64,000 nt of DNA, from contig CAZRBV010000005.1 of NCBI GenBank assembly GCA_964598425.1, forward strand, positions 1 through 64,000, given 5' to 3'. This stretch comes from an uncultured Isosphaeraceae bacterium (lineage in GTDB: Bacteria > Planctomycetota > Phycisphaerae > Phycisphaerales > SM1A02). Under the pieces are notes generated by a model. The model searched no databases and was not told where the DNA came from. It was given only the letters and a program-made list of their open reading frames with translations. Of the stretch, positions 8,236 to 17,476 are shown one piece after another (within the stretch, counting starts at the first letter, position 1; every line of letters starts with the position of its first letter). Made by a program: the position numbers and the translations under genes.

Positions 8236-10212
8236 ATGAGTGGACACTGGGATCGCATCCAAGATCTCTTTCACCGCGCCACAGCAATGGATGTTGATTC
8301 GAGGGAGTCGTTCCTGAAAGAGGAATGCGGTGACGACCATGTGGTGTTGTCAGAAGTCCTTTCGCTGCTGCACGCGGGTGAAGAAGTCGAAGATGCGGCG
8401 CCAACGACACCCATGCCTGTGCCACCATCCCCACGCGACTCAATGATTGGCACGAAGGTCGCGCGTTACACAATCAAGCGAGTCATCGGCAGCGGCGGCA
8501 TGGGAGTCGTATACGATTCTGTTCAAGAATCGCCCCGGCGTGCTGTGGCGATCAAGATGCTCAAAAGAGGCGTTGCTTCAAGAAGCGAGCTGCGGCGGTT
8601 TCAGCGTGAGTCACAGACGCTGGGCCGCCTTCGCTATGAGGGCATCGCGCATATCTACGAAGCGGGCACGTGGGATGATGGTGCAGGTAGTCAACCGTGG
8701 TTTGCGATGGAGTATCTGCCAGGTGCCAAGACGAACACACGGTATTGCAATGACAAGGTACTTGGAATTCGCGACCGTCTTGTTGTCTTCCAGCATGTGT
8801 GCGCGGCCGTACATCATGGTCACCAGAAGGGCGTCATCCATCGCGATCTCAAGCCGGACAACATCCTTGTCACATCCAACGGTGAGCCCAAGATCATCGA
8901 CTTCGGTGTCGCCCGCAGCACAGACAGTGATTTGGTTGTTACGACATTGCAAACTGATGTAGGGTCGTTGATAGGCACCCTTCAATACATGAGTCCGGAA
9001 CAATGCGACGCCGACCCCAACGATATCGATGCTCGAAGCGACGTCTATGCCCTCGGCGTCGTTCTCTATGAACTGCTTTGCGGGCAACCCCCGTACGATC
9101 TCAATAGCGCCGCAATTCACGAAGCGGTGAGGGTTATCAAGGAAGAAGATCCAACGAAGCCTTCAGCCATCAACAGGCGCCTCCGAGGCAGCCTTGAGAC
9201 GATCACACTCAAGGCCCTGGACAAAGATCGCGATCACCGATACCGAGACGCCTCGGCGCTTGAATCGGACATCGAATGCTGGCTCCACGGTCGTCCAATC
9301 TCGGCCAGGGGCCGTTCAGTGTGGGATCGTGGAAAGCGGCTCCTTATGCGGAATCCGGCGAAGGTTGCCACGGTGTTGGTGGTGTGTCTGCTATTGGTGG
9401 TGATCTGGCAGTTGAGAGCCGAAACGGATGCGACTGCATCCGCCTTGCGCGGTCCGCAAGCAGGCGATACGCAGGAAATCTCCCTTGGCGACGATCGGTT
9501 CATAGTGCTTGTGGGTGTCCCAAAAGGTGGGTATTGGATGGGCTCACCCGACACAGATGAAGATCGCCGCATGCCAGAGTGGCCGCCGCATCACGTGCTG
9601 TTCGATCGGGGGTTTTGGATCGGTCAAACCGAAGTGACTCAGGAGGCATATAACGCTGTGATGAGCGCGAATCCGAGCAGGTCCATCGGAGAGAGAGAGC
9701 TGAGCAATCCAGTCGAGCAGATTACGTGGGATGACGCTGTGGGATTCTGCGAGAAACTCACTTTGCAGCAGCGCGCCGCAGAGGCGATTGGGCCTGAGCA
9801 ACGGTTTCGCCTTCCAAGCGAGGCGGAGTGGGAGTATGCGTGCCGCGCTGGGAGTACGAGCTGGTATTGCTTTGGCGAATCTGAGAGTGATCTGGGTGAT
9901 TACGCGTGGCAAGACCACAATTCCGCGAACGCAACCTATCCGGTTGCCCAGAAACAACCCAACGCGTGGGGACTCTACGACATGCACGGCAATGTATTGG
10001 AGTGGTGTGAGGATCCGTGGCATACCGATTATGAACACTCACCGGCGGACGGCAGTGTGTGGGAGACTGGCGGGAATCCTGATAGCCGAGTTGTTCGCGG
10101 AGGCAGTTGGCGTACCGCTCCATGGGCCTGCCGATCTGCCTACCGCAGTGGGAATTGCCCTGACGGCCGGTACTTCGACGTCGGGTTCCGTGTCGTCCTG
10201 GACTCAAGGTAA
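8236..10212 (+). CDS. Ser/Thr protein kinase fused to a C-terminal formylglycine-generating-enzyme (FGE-sulfatase/SUMF1-like) domain
   Basis: Kinase motifs: GSGGMGVVY (Gly loop), AIKML (VAIK), HRDLKPDNILV, DFGVA, SPEQ. A TM segment (VATVLVVCLLLVVIW) follows. The C-terminus has FGE-family motifs (ITWDDAVGFCEKLT, GLYDMHGNVLEWCEDPWH, RVVRGGSW...AYRSG). Confidence 0.85.
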   Translation: MSGHWDRIQDLFHRATAMDVDSRESFLKEECGDDHVVLSEVLSLLHAGEEVEDAAPTTPMPVPPSPRDSMIGTKVARYTIKRVIGSGGMGVVYDSVQESPRRAVAIKMLKRGVASRSELRRFQRESQTLGRLRYEGIAHIYEAGTWDDGAGSQPWFAMEYLPGAKTNTRYCNDKVLGIRDRLVVFQHVCAAVHHGHQKGVIHRDLKPDNILVTSNGEPKIIDFGVARSTDSDLVVTTLQTDVGSLIGTLQYMSPEQCDADPNDIDARSDVYALGVVLYELLCGQPPYDLNSAAIHEAVRVIKEEDPTKPSAINRRLRGSLETITLKALDKDRDHRYRDASALESDIECWLHGRPISARGRSVWDRGKRLLMRNPAKVATVLVVCLLLVVIWQLRAETDATASALRGPQAGDTQEISLGDDRFIVLVGVPKGGYWMGSPDTDEDRRMPEWPPHHVLFDRGFWIGQTEVTQEAYNAVMSANPSRSIGERELSNPVEQITWDDAVGFCEKLTLQQRAAEAIGPEQRFRLPSEAEWEYACRAGSTSWYCFGESESDLGDYAWQDHNSANATYPVAQKQPNAWGLYDMHGNVLEWCEDPWHTDYEHSPADGSVWETGGNPDSRVVRGGSWRTAPWACRSAYRSGNCPDGRYFDVGFRVVLDSR

Positions 10213-10335
10213 CGTTATTGCGATTCGGTCTTCTACCTTGTGTCTACGAGAGCGGGCCAGGGTCCACTCTTGGAGGGAGAGAACGCGAACGTGTTTCGGT
10301 GCGCCGCTTGGCCTTGGGCTGGCATCTGAACGTGT

Positions 10336-10385
10336 TGACCTTACCCCGTTCTTAGGTCAACCCTAAGTGAGAGAGCTCAGCGTCG
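10336..10385. repeat. Terminal inverted repeat of an IS3-family element (starts TGACCTTACCCCG...)
   Basis: Reverse complement of positions 5-54 (47/50). Transposase orfB fragments begin immediately to its right. Confidence 0.5.
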
Positions 10386-10991
10386 TGCGCCCGTACCCAT
10401 TTCGAGTCCAACCCGTGAGCAAGGTTTCGAGCTCATTCGGTCGTAACCACCTGGCCGTTGGACGCAGGGAATTCCCCCGGGGGTAGAAGTCGGGGGCCAA
10501 ATACCCAGGAACGCTGTGGGGGCGATCCCCATTGCAGTGACGACGCCACATTGCACCGCGCATCTTCCATTGACAAGAACCAGGCTTCGTTCAAACACTC
10601 GGCGCGAAGGGGGGCCATTGAATGCCTCGATGAGGGGCGTTGTCCGTGGGCTTTCCGCGCCGAGAGGATTCCAGGTTGACGCTTCTTGAGTATGCCCATT
10701 GACCCAAGACCTTGCTGGTGAACTCTGTGCCGTTGTCGGCGCGAATGCGTGCGGGCAAACCACGACATGCTCGGATGTCCTCGAGCGTCCGCGCCACATT
10801 CCTTCCCGTCGCAACTGCACCCAGACGCGTGGCTAGCCCCAACTCACCCGAGTCAACGCGATCTCTCGAATGCGCCGCCGCAGTGCCGCTTGATCATCCG
10901 CTTGACTCTTGCAGCGAACGGTGGCGCGCGGCACACGAAACACGCGACACGCGCGTCGTTCACTGACGGCCCACATCACTTGGCTTTTTGA
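10377..10991 (-). pseudogene. IS3-family transposase OrfB (DDE integrase core) split over three reading frames; N-terminal catalytic part missing
   Basis: Frame 1 has RIRADNGTEFTSKVLGQWA...ESSRRGKPTDNAPHRG (DNGxEF...GKPxDNA). Frame 2 has ECLNEAWFLSMEDARCNVASSLQ. The tail has LIEAFNG. All are IS3 OrfB C-terminal signatures but in different frames. Confidence 0.7.
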
Positions 10992-11287
10992 CACCAACGA
11001 ACGCTTCCCCGTCGGTGTCGGCGCACTTTCCCCAAAGCGTCCTGGAGCATCGCCTTATCCAAACTCAGGTCCGCGACAAGACGCTTGAGCTTGCGATTCT
11101 CATCCTCCAGCAGCTTCAGCCGACGGACTTCCGCAATCCCAAGTCCCTCGAACTTCTTCTTCCACCAATAGAACCATAGCCCCTCGCTGATCTGCATCTT
11201 CCGACAGACCTCCTCCACCGGCGCGCCACTCTCCGCCTGCCGCAATGCATGCGTGATCTGCTCGTCCGCAGATCGCTTGTGCTTCAT
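10976..11287 (-). CDS. IS3-family transposase OrfA (HTH, IS3/IS911-type)
   Basis: MKHKRSADEQITHALRQAESGAPVEEVCRKMQISEGLWFYWWKKKFEGLGIAEVRRLKLLEDENRKLKRLVADLSLDKAMLQDAL is a typical IS3 OrfA with a leucine zipper. The 3' end runs into the orfB overlap region. Confidence 0.65.
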   Translation of the reverse strand: MKHKRSADEQITHALRQAESGAPVEEVCRKMQISEGLWFYWWKKKFEGLGIAEVRRLKLLEDENRKLKRLVADLSLDKAMLQDALGKVRRHRRGSVRWCQKAK

Positions 11288-11461
11288 GAGAGTCGTCTCC
11301 CGAACAGAGACCGAAATCGACTCGAATGCTTGCACTGCGTTTGGATCAGGATTTCGGTCTAAGCGCACGTTGACGCGTTCAAAGTACCTCTGGCTTTCAA
11401 ATGTGAATCACATGAGCGCGGCTCGAAAGGATCGCCGTGAGCCGCTTCGCACAGCTCGATC

Positions 11462-11797
11462 GTGGGCGATCAAGGACTCGGCCACGCTGCCGAGGTCCTA
11501 CGGGTCACGGGGCTGGTCCAGCGTGGTTGGCGAAAGTGGTTGGCATGGGCAAGCCGCAGCAGACTTGCGCTAATGGTCAAGGCGGCGCGAACGATACGCA
11601 AGCACCTCTGGGGCATCATCAGTGCCGTCGTGCTGCACACAACCAACGCCAGGGCAGAATCAATGAACAGCAAGATTCAACGGATCAAGGGCCGGGCATG
11701 CGGCTATCGAAACCGCACCAGATTTCGCCACGCGATCTTGTTTCATCTGGGCGGATTGGATCTCTATCCGGCTGCGGCGACCCACACGAAACACTGA
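11462..11797 (+). pseudogene. ISL3-family transposase, C-terminal fragment only
   Basis: ...KWLAWASRSRL...ISAVVLHTTNARAESMNSKIQRIKGRACGYRNRTRFRHAILFHLGGLDLYP matches the conserved ISL3 C-terminus (TNgxxEgxNnKIKxikRxayGfRn...GGLDL). No N-terminal portion is present. Confidence 0.6.
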
Positions 11798-11866
11798 AGC
11801 GCCAAAAAGTCTTGCGAGTTGTTCAGGGGGTTCGGGCGAGCGGCCGCGAGGCTCCAATTGCCGATG

Positions 11867-13228
11867 TCACCCGTTCTTGTTGGGCGAGGCAGCTTCGAGC
11901 ATCTCAAGTGACTGGACCCACTCCCCAACTTGCAGGCGGCGGGGTGGTGGACCGATGGCGTCGTCGATGAGCATTGGCGCGGCGAAGTTCGCAGGGATCA
12001 TGCGGCCGGCGAGATCAATCGAGGCGGTTCCAGTCAGCGGAAATGCGTGGAGCCGAGGCATGGCGGCGATGCCGAACTGCGGTGGATCGGCGGTTTGATG
12101 GTGCTTGCCGATTTCCGGCATCGCGACAACCGACAGAACCCATAAGTAGTACTCGTGATCGGCAAGCACGTCACTGCGGCGAATCAGGAGCCCACCAATC
12201 CCGGTACGACGCGACCATTCGCAGTTGCTGCGGAAGCTCGGGGGCGCGGCGTCCTTCCATGTATTCAGGGTGGCTTCAGGCACTTCGGCCATGGGCAACG
12301 GAAGCAGATGCAGTCGTTGGTTACCAGGCAACATGAGCTCTCGCATCCGTCCCAGCTTGATCTGCTGGGCAGTCAGAACGGTGCGTTTATCGAGGCGTGT
12401 GGGATTGATGGCCGAGAGATGCTGAAGCGCGAGGTGCTCGCTGGTGCGGACCAGCCGGCACTGCTTACCTGAGACCTTGCGAGACTCGTGATCGTTTGCT
12501 TCGCAGCGAGGCATTTTCCAGGTGACAACATCTGCTTCGATCCGATCTTTGCCAAGTGTCATGGAGTCGCCTGTCAGAACGAGTACCCGTATAGCCGCGG
12601 CAGGGTTTTCGATGGCGCACCTTTCAAGTGCGTCACCGGGCCGCGCAAGTAGCGGTGAGGGGCAATCTTCAACAGCACCCTCGTAGAAGAGGTCAATCGT
12701 TACGAATCGCGGTGATCGTTCCTGTGTGATGAGATCATTGACGGAGATGGTGTCGGGCAACTTGATCAGGTTGCTCAGGTCAATCTCGTTGATTGCACCC
12801 ATGCCAGCGCGATCGCCACCGTGTTCAATGAGGCGGCTGATGTTGACGTTGACGTCCTGGCGACTGTCCGTATAGGCCAGCACGGCAAGGGTCCATTCGC
12901 CACTAAACCGATGGCGCCCGTCATCGCCGGCATCGACGATGACTTCAATGTCCAGCCTGGCGTCCCCTGCACTACCGAGAGCGGCTTCGGTTGCTCGCGG
13001 GAGATGGAGCTCGATGGTCTGGGATCTGGTGCCGTTGGGGTGGAGGCGGACCTGCCTCCGTTCGGGCATATTGAGTACCCGGCTGTCAAGGCAGACCTCA
13101 ATGCCAAAGTGCTCATCTTCGCTGAGATTCTGGAATTGGAGATCCAAAACCGCGTGCAGCCCCTCCATGAGAAGGCGGCTGGTGTTGATGGCAACTCGAA
13201 TTGGTGAGTCAAAACCGGTCATCGGCAT
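11867..13228 (-). CDS. Hypothetical protein (453 aa), no recognisable domain
   Basis: Longest ORF in the interval, with only short competing ORFs on the other strand. Starts 17 nt beyond the ISL3 remnant and is divergent from the kinase gene at 13456. Confidence 0.45.
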   Translation of the reverse strand: MPMTGFDSPIRVAINTSRLLMEGLHAVLDLQFQNLSEDEHFGIEVCLDSRVLNMPERRQVRLHPNGTRSQTIELHLPRATEAALGSAGDARLDIEVIVDAGDDGRHRFSGEWTLAVLAYTDSRQDVNVNISRLIEHGGDRAGMGAINEIDLSNLIKLPDTISVNDLITQERSPRFVTIDLFYEGAVEDCPSPLLARPGDALERCAIENPAAAIRVLVLTGDSMTLGKDRIEADVVTWKMPRCEANDHESRKVSGKQCRLVRTSEHLALQHLSAINPTRLDKRTVLTAQQIKLGRMRELMLPGNQRLHLLPLPMAEVPEATLNTWKDAAPPSFRSNCEWSRRTGIGGLLIRRSDVLADHEYYLWVLSVVAMPEIGKHHQTADPPQFGIAAMPRLHAFPLTGTASIDLAGRMIPANFAAPMLIDDAIGPPPRRLQVGEWVQSLEMLEAASPNKNG

Positions 13229-13455
13229 TCCTGTTGGAGTCGGCGGATCGCCATAACTGGTTGAGGATACTGGATAGATGGCAAATCGAGTACAGAATCG
13301 TGCTCGGGTGCCGTGGCAGGCCGCATAGCACCCCGAACACGTAATGCGTGAGTCGATCGACGGCGGCGCACACTTTTTCTATGCGGAATCAATGTCTGGA
13401 TGTGTGAGAATTCACCGCTCGGCGCAAGGGCGCCCCTTGGTAGCATCCAGCGTTC

Positions 13456-15894
13456 ATGACTCGCCATCCGGATGAATTCGAACACACGGTTCTCTCGTTC
13501 GATGCCGGGGAAACGCTGTCTGGTCGGTATCGCCTGCAGCGTGAAATCGGCCGCGGCGGGATGAGCGTCATTTGGTTGGCGGCGGACATGCGACTAGATG
13601 ATCTGCAGGTTGCCATCAAGCTGCTGCCGACGGCCTTGACGATGAATGCCCACGCCATCGCGCGGCTCAAACAGGAGGCAAAGACGCTGCTGGACCTGAG
13701 CCACCCACACATCGTGCGGCTTATGACGTTTGAGCAGGATTCATCACGGCGGGGTGTTGCCTTTCTGGTCATGCAGTACGTCGATGGGTGGACACTTGAA
13801 GAGTTGTTGGCCGAGAATCCAGACGGCCTTCAGGTTGATCGGGTGATTCGGTGGGCGGGGCAGGTTGCCGAGAGCATCGACTACGCGCACGAACGCGGCA
13901 TCCTGCATCGCGATATCAAACCATCGAACATCATCGTTGATCGGGATGACAACGCATACCTCATGGACTTCGGTATCGCGAGGGATGCCAAGGACACGAT
14001 GACCCGCCTGACTGGCCGCGATTCGTCCGGCACGTTGCCCTACATGAGCCCGCAACAATTGCGTGGCATGAATAGCCGGGCCAATGACATTTATTCCTTT
14101 GCTGCCACGCTCTACGAAGCGATTTCAGGCTCGCCGCCGTTTTCGACAGGTGATATGCAGTATCAGATCATGCATACACGTCCTCGGGTTCTGGATGGCC
14201 AGTCCGACAGATTGAATCGGGGCTTGCAGGCAGGGCTTGCAAAGGAACCACGAGATCGCCCTGTATCAGCCCGAGGCCTTGTGGCAGCATCCTTTATGCA
14301 GACGCCGCTGGCTCAACGCTCCCGCCCACGGTGGTCGTGGTGGCGGGTGACTGCGGGCGCTGCCTGTGTTGCGTTGAGTGCAGCCGGAGCGATTCTGGCC
14401 GTGAGCTACCAAGGTGACGGGCAGAAACCGGTGCCGATCCCCGCAAAAGGCGCGTGTGTGCGTGAGGGTGGCTGCTCTGTGACAACCAGGAAGGACTGCT
14501 CCGATGGTAAGTGGACGGAAGGCACGGTATGCGACAAGGCGACCGGCGCGTGCATGCGGCACAGTGGTTGTTTAGTCACGACCAGAGATGAGTGCGAGAA
14601 TGGGGAATGGACTGAGGGGGGGGACTGCCCTCAGGTTTCTCCGGTTCCCATAGATCCAAGCCCACAGAGCATTTCGTGGGAACAGGCCCGCCCAAGACTG
14701 TACGCCCCCGTCATGGAGCATGAGTCCTTTGGGGCGGCGCTCGCCGTGGGTCGACAGGGTGGAACCCTATGCGTTCTTGCCGGGGCACCTGAGTGGAAGA
14801 GTGCGCGGAACGAGCCCGACGGATGTGTGTTTATTGATGTATCTCCCCGAGGGGGGTGGTCAGGAGAGAAGCTGATACTTGGTAAGGCAGCGAGAAAGAC
14901 AAGGCAAGAAGCATCAGGTGCCGCAATCGACATCGATGCCGAGGCTGGCGTGGCGGTTATCGGTGATCCGAAGGGAGCCTGGGATGAGGGGGGCCCCCGA
15001 GATGCTGGAATCGCGTGGCTCCTGCACCTGTCTGAAGGCAAGCCTCAGGTGAAGCCGTTGTTGCGGCCCAAGAACTTGCAACCGGGGGCCCGTTTCGGCG
15101 AAGCGGTGGCGGTCTGCGGCCGATGGATTGTGGTAGGAGCGCCTGGGGCTGGGAAGGCTTGGCTCTATGATCGCAAGCGTCTTACTGCTGCCAGCGTGAA
15201 GCCTGTTGCCGAGCTGATGCCGCGGAATGAGGATGGCGTCATAGGTTTTGGGAGCACGGTTGCCGTTAGCAATACTCGGGCTGTCGTGGGGGCACCGGGT
15301 GAGTTTACAGACAAACACTCCGGCTCGGTCTGTGTTTTTGATGATCTCCCTGGGGCGGTTGAATCTAAAATCACAGCGATAGAGCGAAGCCGATTGGTGA
15401 GACCGGAGGGTGTTTCTTTCAAGGGAGCGACTACGTTTGGTCGCGCTGTTGCGCTGGGAGAGCGATATCTGGTCATCGGTGCGCCGAACGTGGGGCATGG
15501 CGACGACAACGATGACTTTGGCATGGGGCAGGTTTTTGTCTACGAGATCAACGAAGATTCAGGCGGTGACAGGCCAATTGATGTTATCCGAAGACTCCGC
15601 GCCCCAAAGGATGCGAAGGGCTACGGGTACTCGCTGTCCTTGGACGAACCCAATAACAGTGTTGCGGTAGGGGCGCCCTGGAAGCATGAGCATGCCAGGC
15701 ATGGTCAGGCCTTTGTCGTTTCGCTGTTGGACAGTGGCGCTCGGGATCGATCGGTGCCGTTGAGCATTCCCGTAGAGCAATCGGAGGATGCGGCTAAGTT
15801 TGGGGCAAGCGTGGCACTGGACGGGGAAGATCTGTTTGTGGGGGCACCGGGCTGGGGCACGGCCGTTCACTTCCGTGGCAAGCGGGGCGGCTAG
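13456..15894 (+). CDS. Membrane Ser/Thr protein kinase with an extracellular Cys-rich repeat region and FG-GAP (integrin-alpha-like) beta-propeller repeats
   Basis: Kinase motifs: GRGGMSVIW, AIKLL, HRDIKPSNIIV, DFGIA. A TM segment (VTAGAACVALSAAGAILAV) follows. Tandem Cys-rich repeats: CVREGGCSVTTRKDCSDGKWTEG / CMRHSGCLVTTRDECENGEWTEG. Repeated FG-GAP motifs: FGSTVAVSNTRAVVGAPG, FGRAVALGERYLVIGAP, YGYSLSLD...VAVGAPW, FGASVALDGEDLFVGAPGW. Confidence 0.8.
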   Translation: MTRHPDEFEHTVLSFDAGETLSGRYRLQREIGRGGMSVIWLAADMRLDDLQVAIKLLPTALTMNAHAIARLKQEAKTLLDLSHPHIVRLMTFEQDSSRRGVAFLVMQYVDGWTLEELLAENPDGLQVDRVIRWAGQVAESIDYAHERGILHRDIKPSNIIVDRDDNAYLMDFGIARDAKDTMTRLTGRDSSGTLPYMSPQQLRGMNSRANDIYSFAATLYEAISGSPPFSTGDMQYQIMHTRPRVLDGQSDRLNRGLQAGLAKEPRDRPVSARGLVAASFMQTPLAQRSRPRWSWWRVTAGAACVALSAAGAILAVSYQGDGQKPVPIPAKGACVREGGCSVTTRKDCSDGKWTEGTVCDKATGACMRHSGCLVTTRDECENGEWTEGGDCPQVSPVPIDPSPQSISWEQARPRLYAPVMEHESFGAALAVGRQGGTLCVLAGAPEWKSARNEPDGCVFIDVSPRGGWSGEKLILGKAARKTRQEASGAAIDIDAEAGVAVIGDPKGAWDEGGPRDAGIAWLLHLSEGKPQVKPLLRPKNLQPGARFGEAVAVCGRWIVVGAPGAGKAWLYDRKRLTAASVKPVAELMPRNEDGVIGFGSTVAVSNTRAVVGAPGEFTDKHSGSVCVFDDLPGAVESKITAIERSRLVRPEGVSFKGATTFGRAVALGERYLVIGAPNVGHGDDNDDFGMGQVFVYEINEDSGGDRPIDVIRRLRAPKDAKGYGYSLSLDEPNNSVAVGAPWKHEHARHGQAFVVSLLDSGARDRSVPLSIPVEQSEDAAKFGASVALDGEDLFVGAPGWGTAVHFRGKRGG

Positions 15895-15949
15895 CAGGCT
15901 CGTCGACTGCCGAAGCCGTGGGTTGAAACCACACCTGCATCCCATCCAG

Positions 15950-16110
15950 GAGAACAAAGTCTGCATTGTTTGGGTGTAGTGCCATCTTTTTTGCTGCTAC
16001 GCGGAGTCGATTATCGGACATGCAGTAATTTTGAAGACATTGCGGGAATAGTAAAGGAAAGAGAGGGCAAAACAGGGTAGCTATGGTATGATGGGGCCAG
16101 CGAAACGGAG
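15950..16110. promoter_or_regulatory. Locally AT-rich intergenic segment, candidate promoter/regulatory region for the 16119-19795 gene string
   Basis: About 160 nt that are much more AT-rich than the surroundings (ctgcattgtttgggtgtagtgccatcttttttgctg...gtaattttgaagacattgcgggaatagtaaaggaaagagag) lie directly upstream of the HTH gene at 16119. Confidence 0.25.
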
Positions 16111-16118
16111 TACCGCGC

Positions 16119-16487
16119 ATGGCACCGTTCCTCAATCTCAACCAGGTCTCCGAGATACTTGGCGTGGAATACAAGACCGTGTACCGGCTGGTTCGCGGTG
16201 GTGATTTGCCTGCGGCGAGGATTGGCCGGGTGTACCGGGTAAAACAGGACGACCTTGATGCCTACTTTGAGGCCAGCAAGCAGAGGCTGGCGGCCGAAAC
16301 ATCACGGGATATCACGCCGCTTGAGGGATTGCGGTGTTGTGTGAGCGGGAAACGGATAATCAGTGACCTCGACATAGGTGGCTACGCATCAGATACCGGC
16401 GAGCCTATTAGTCGGGCGGTCTGGGACAAGGGTGTTCGAGAGTCAGCCCGAAGTGGTGCGGGCAGAGATCGCGGAGGTGCACGATGA
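16119..16487 (+). CDS. Excisionase/MerR-like helix-turn-helix DNA-binding protein
   Basis: LNLNQVSEILGVEYKTVYRLVRGGDLPAARIGRVYRVKQDDLDAYF is the HTH_17 (excisionase-family) signature. Confidence 0.6.
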   Translation: MAPFLNLNQVSEILGVEYKTVYRLVRGGDLPAARIGRVYRVKQDDLDAYFEASKQRLAAETSRDITPLEGLRCCVSGKRIISDLDIGGYASDTGEPISRAVWDKGVRESARSGAGRDRGGAR

Positions 16488-17476
16488 GGATGTGGAATCT
16501 GGCTGTGCTGACAGTAATGGTGGTTGGTGCGGCGGGTGTTGCCGGGTGTAACTGCCGCTGCAAAACGACTGGCATCACGTGGGGAGTCGATGGTACATGT
16601 GAATGTGGGCAGTCCAGCTGCAAGTGCCCAAGCACTCGACCTCCCTCCGACCCCACGCGAAATACTGTTGAGAGACGAAATGGCAAGCAGTCAGCTCCGG
16701 AGCAGGAAAGACCTCAAGAGTCAGAGGGCAAGGGACCACCTACGCCAAGTCGCGTGGCCCATGCCCGATTGGATGAATGCCATATGGTTGTGGTGCCAGG
16801 TCCCGGCGTAGCGCATACGGGCAACGCCAGAGTGGCCCAATCGCATATGGAGAGTTACTTCAACACGCTGGGTATCCCGCTTCGCAACCCGAATGGCGTA
16901 AAGCTGGAGGATGCATCACGCTATGGCGTGAGAGCGATGGCCCAAAGCGAGGACGCCGATCTGGTCGCCGTTGTGCTGGTAGACGCAGTTGAGATCGACC
17001 GACTCGGCTACAGTGTGCGAATCCGGGCCGAAGTCAGATGCAAGATTTACGATGCCGAAGGGGACATATTCGTGGCTGCCAAGGCCGTTGACTATGCCCG
17101 CGACAGCGATGCGAGAGCAGCCACCGACGCTGCGGTCGCTGGTGCACTGGAGGCCCTTGGCGAATCCGTTGCAGATCAGATGATTGCTCGTGTTGGCAAA
17201 ACCGCGATCACGCGGAGGGTGACAATCAGTGGCCTTGACAACTTGCGGTCGCTGACTGAGTTGCAGCGGAGCCTTCGGGCGCAGCGGGGGATCAGCGAGG
17301 TTCGCACTGTGGCGTGGAGTGGTGGATCGGGCGTGGCGAAGATGACGGTGTATATGACGCCAGAGGTCGTTGATAACCTCGGAAGCTATATCGTGGGCGC
17401 ACCGGGACTCGGCATTGATATCACCTACGACGGCGATGGTGTGATTGTCGGACAAGGTGGGGAGGTGACGCAATGA
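16484..17476 (+). CDS. Lipoprotein, function unknown
   Basis: Signal peptide plus Cys cluster (VAGVAGCNCRC). The start overlaps the upstream stop and the stop overlaps the next start. Confidence 0.5.
   Translation: MRMWNLAVLTVMVVGAAGVAGCNCRCKTTGITWGVDGTCECGQSSCKCPSTRPPSDPTRNTVERRNGKQSAPEQERPQESEGKGPPTPSRVAHARLDECHMVVVPGPGVAHTGNARVAQSHMESYFNTLGIPLRNPNGVKLEDASRYGVRAMAQSEDADLVAVVLVDAVEIDRLGYSVRIRAEVRCKIYDAEGDIFVAAKAVDYARDSDARAATDAAVAGALEALGESVADQMIARVGKTAITRRVTISGLDNLRSLTELQRSLRAQRGISEVRTVAWSGGSGVAKMTVYMTPEVVDNLGSYIVGAPGLGIDITYDGDGVIVGQGGEVTQ

Larger units (their letters stand above)
10336..11400 (-). mobile_element. Decayed IS3-family insertion sequence (orfA plus frameshifted/truncated orfB, one recognisable terminus)
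   Basis: The orfA-like HTH protein and orfB C-terminal integrase fragments are collinear on the minus strand. Terminal TG... repeat at 10336. The opposite terminus is not clearly recognisable, so the element is probably truncated. Confidence 0.55.

Noticed and set aside
8611-9120. 169-aa ORF antisense to the kinase-FGE gene, and a similar one at 9544-10038
   Set aside because: They sit inside a gene with unambiguous kinase and FGE motifs and show no features of their own.
11281-11460. Search for the second IS3 terminal inverted repeat near the orfA start
   Set aside because: Only a weak GTTGAC-containing resemblance was found (ctaagcgcacgttgacgcg). It is not convincing, so the left end was left unannotated.
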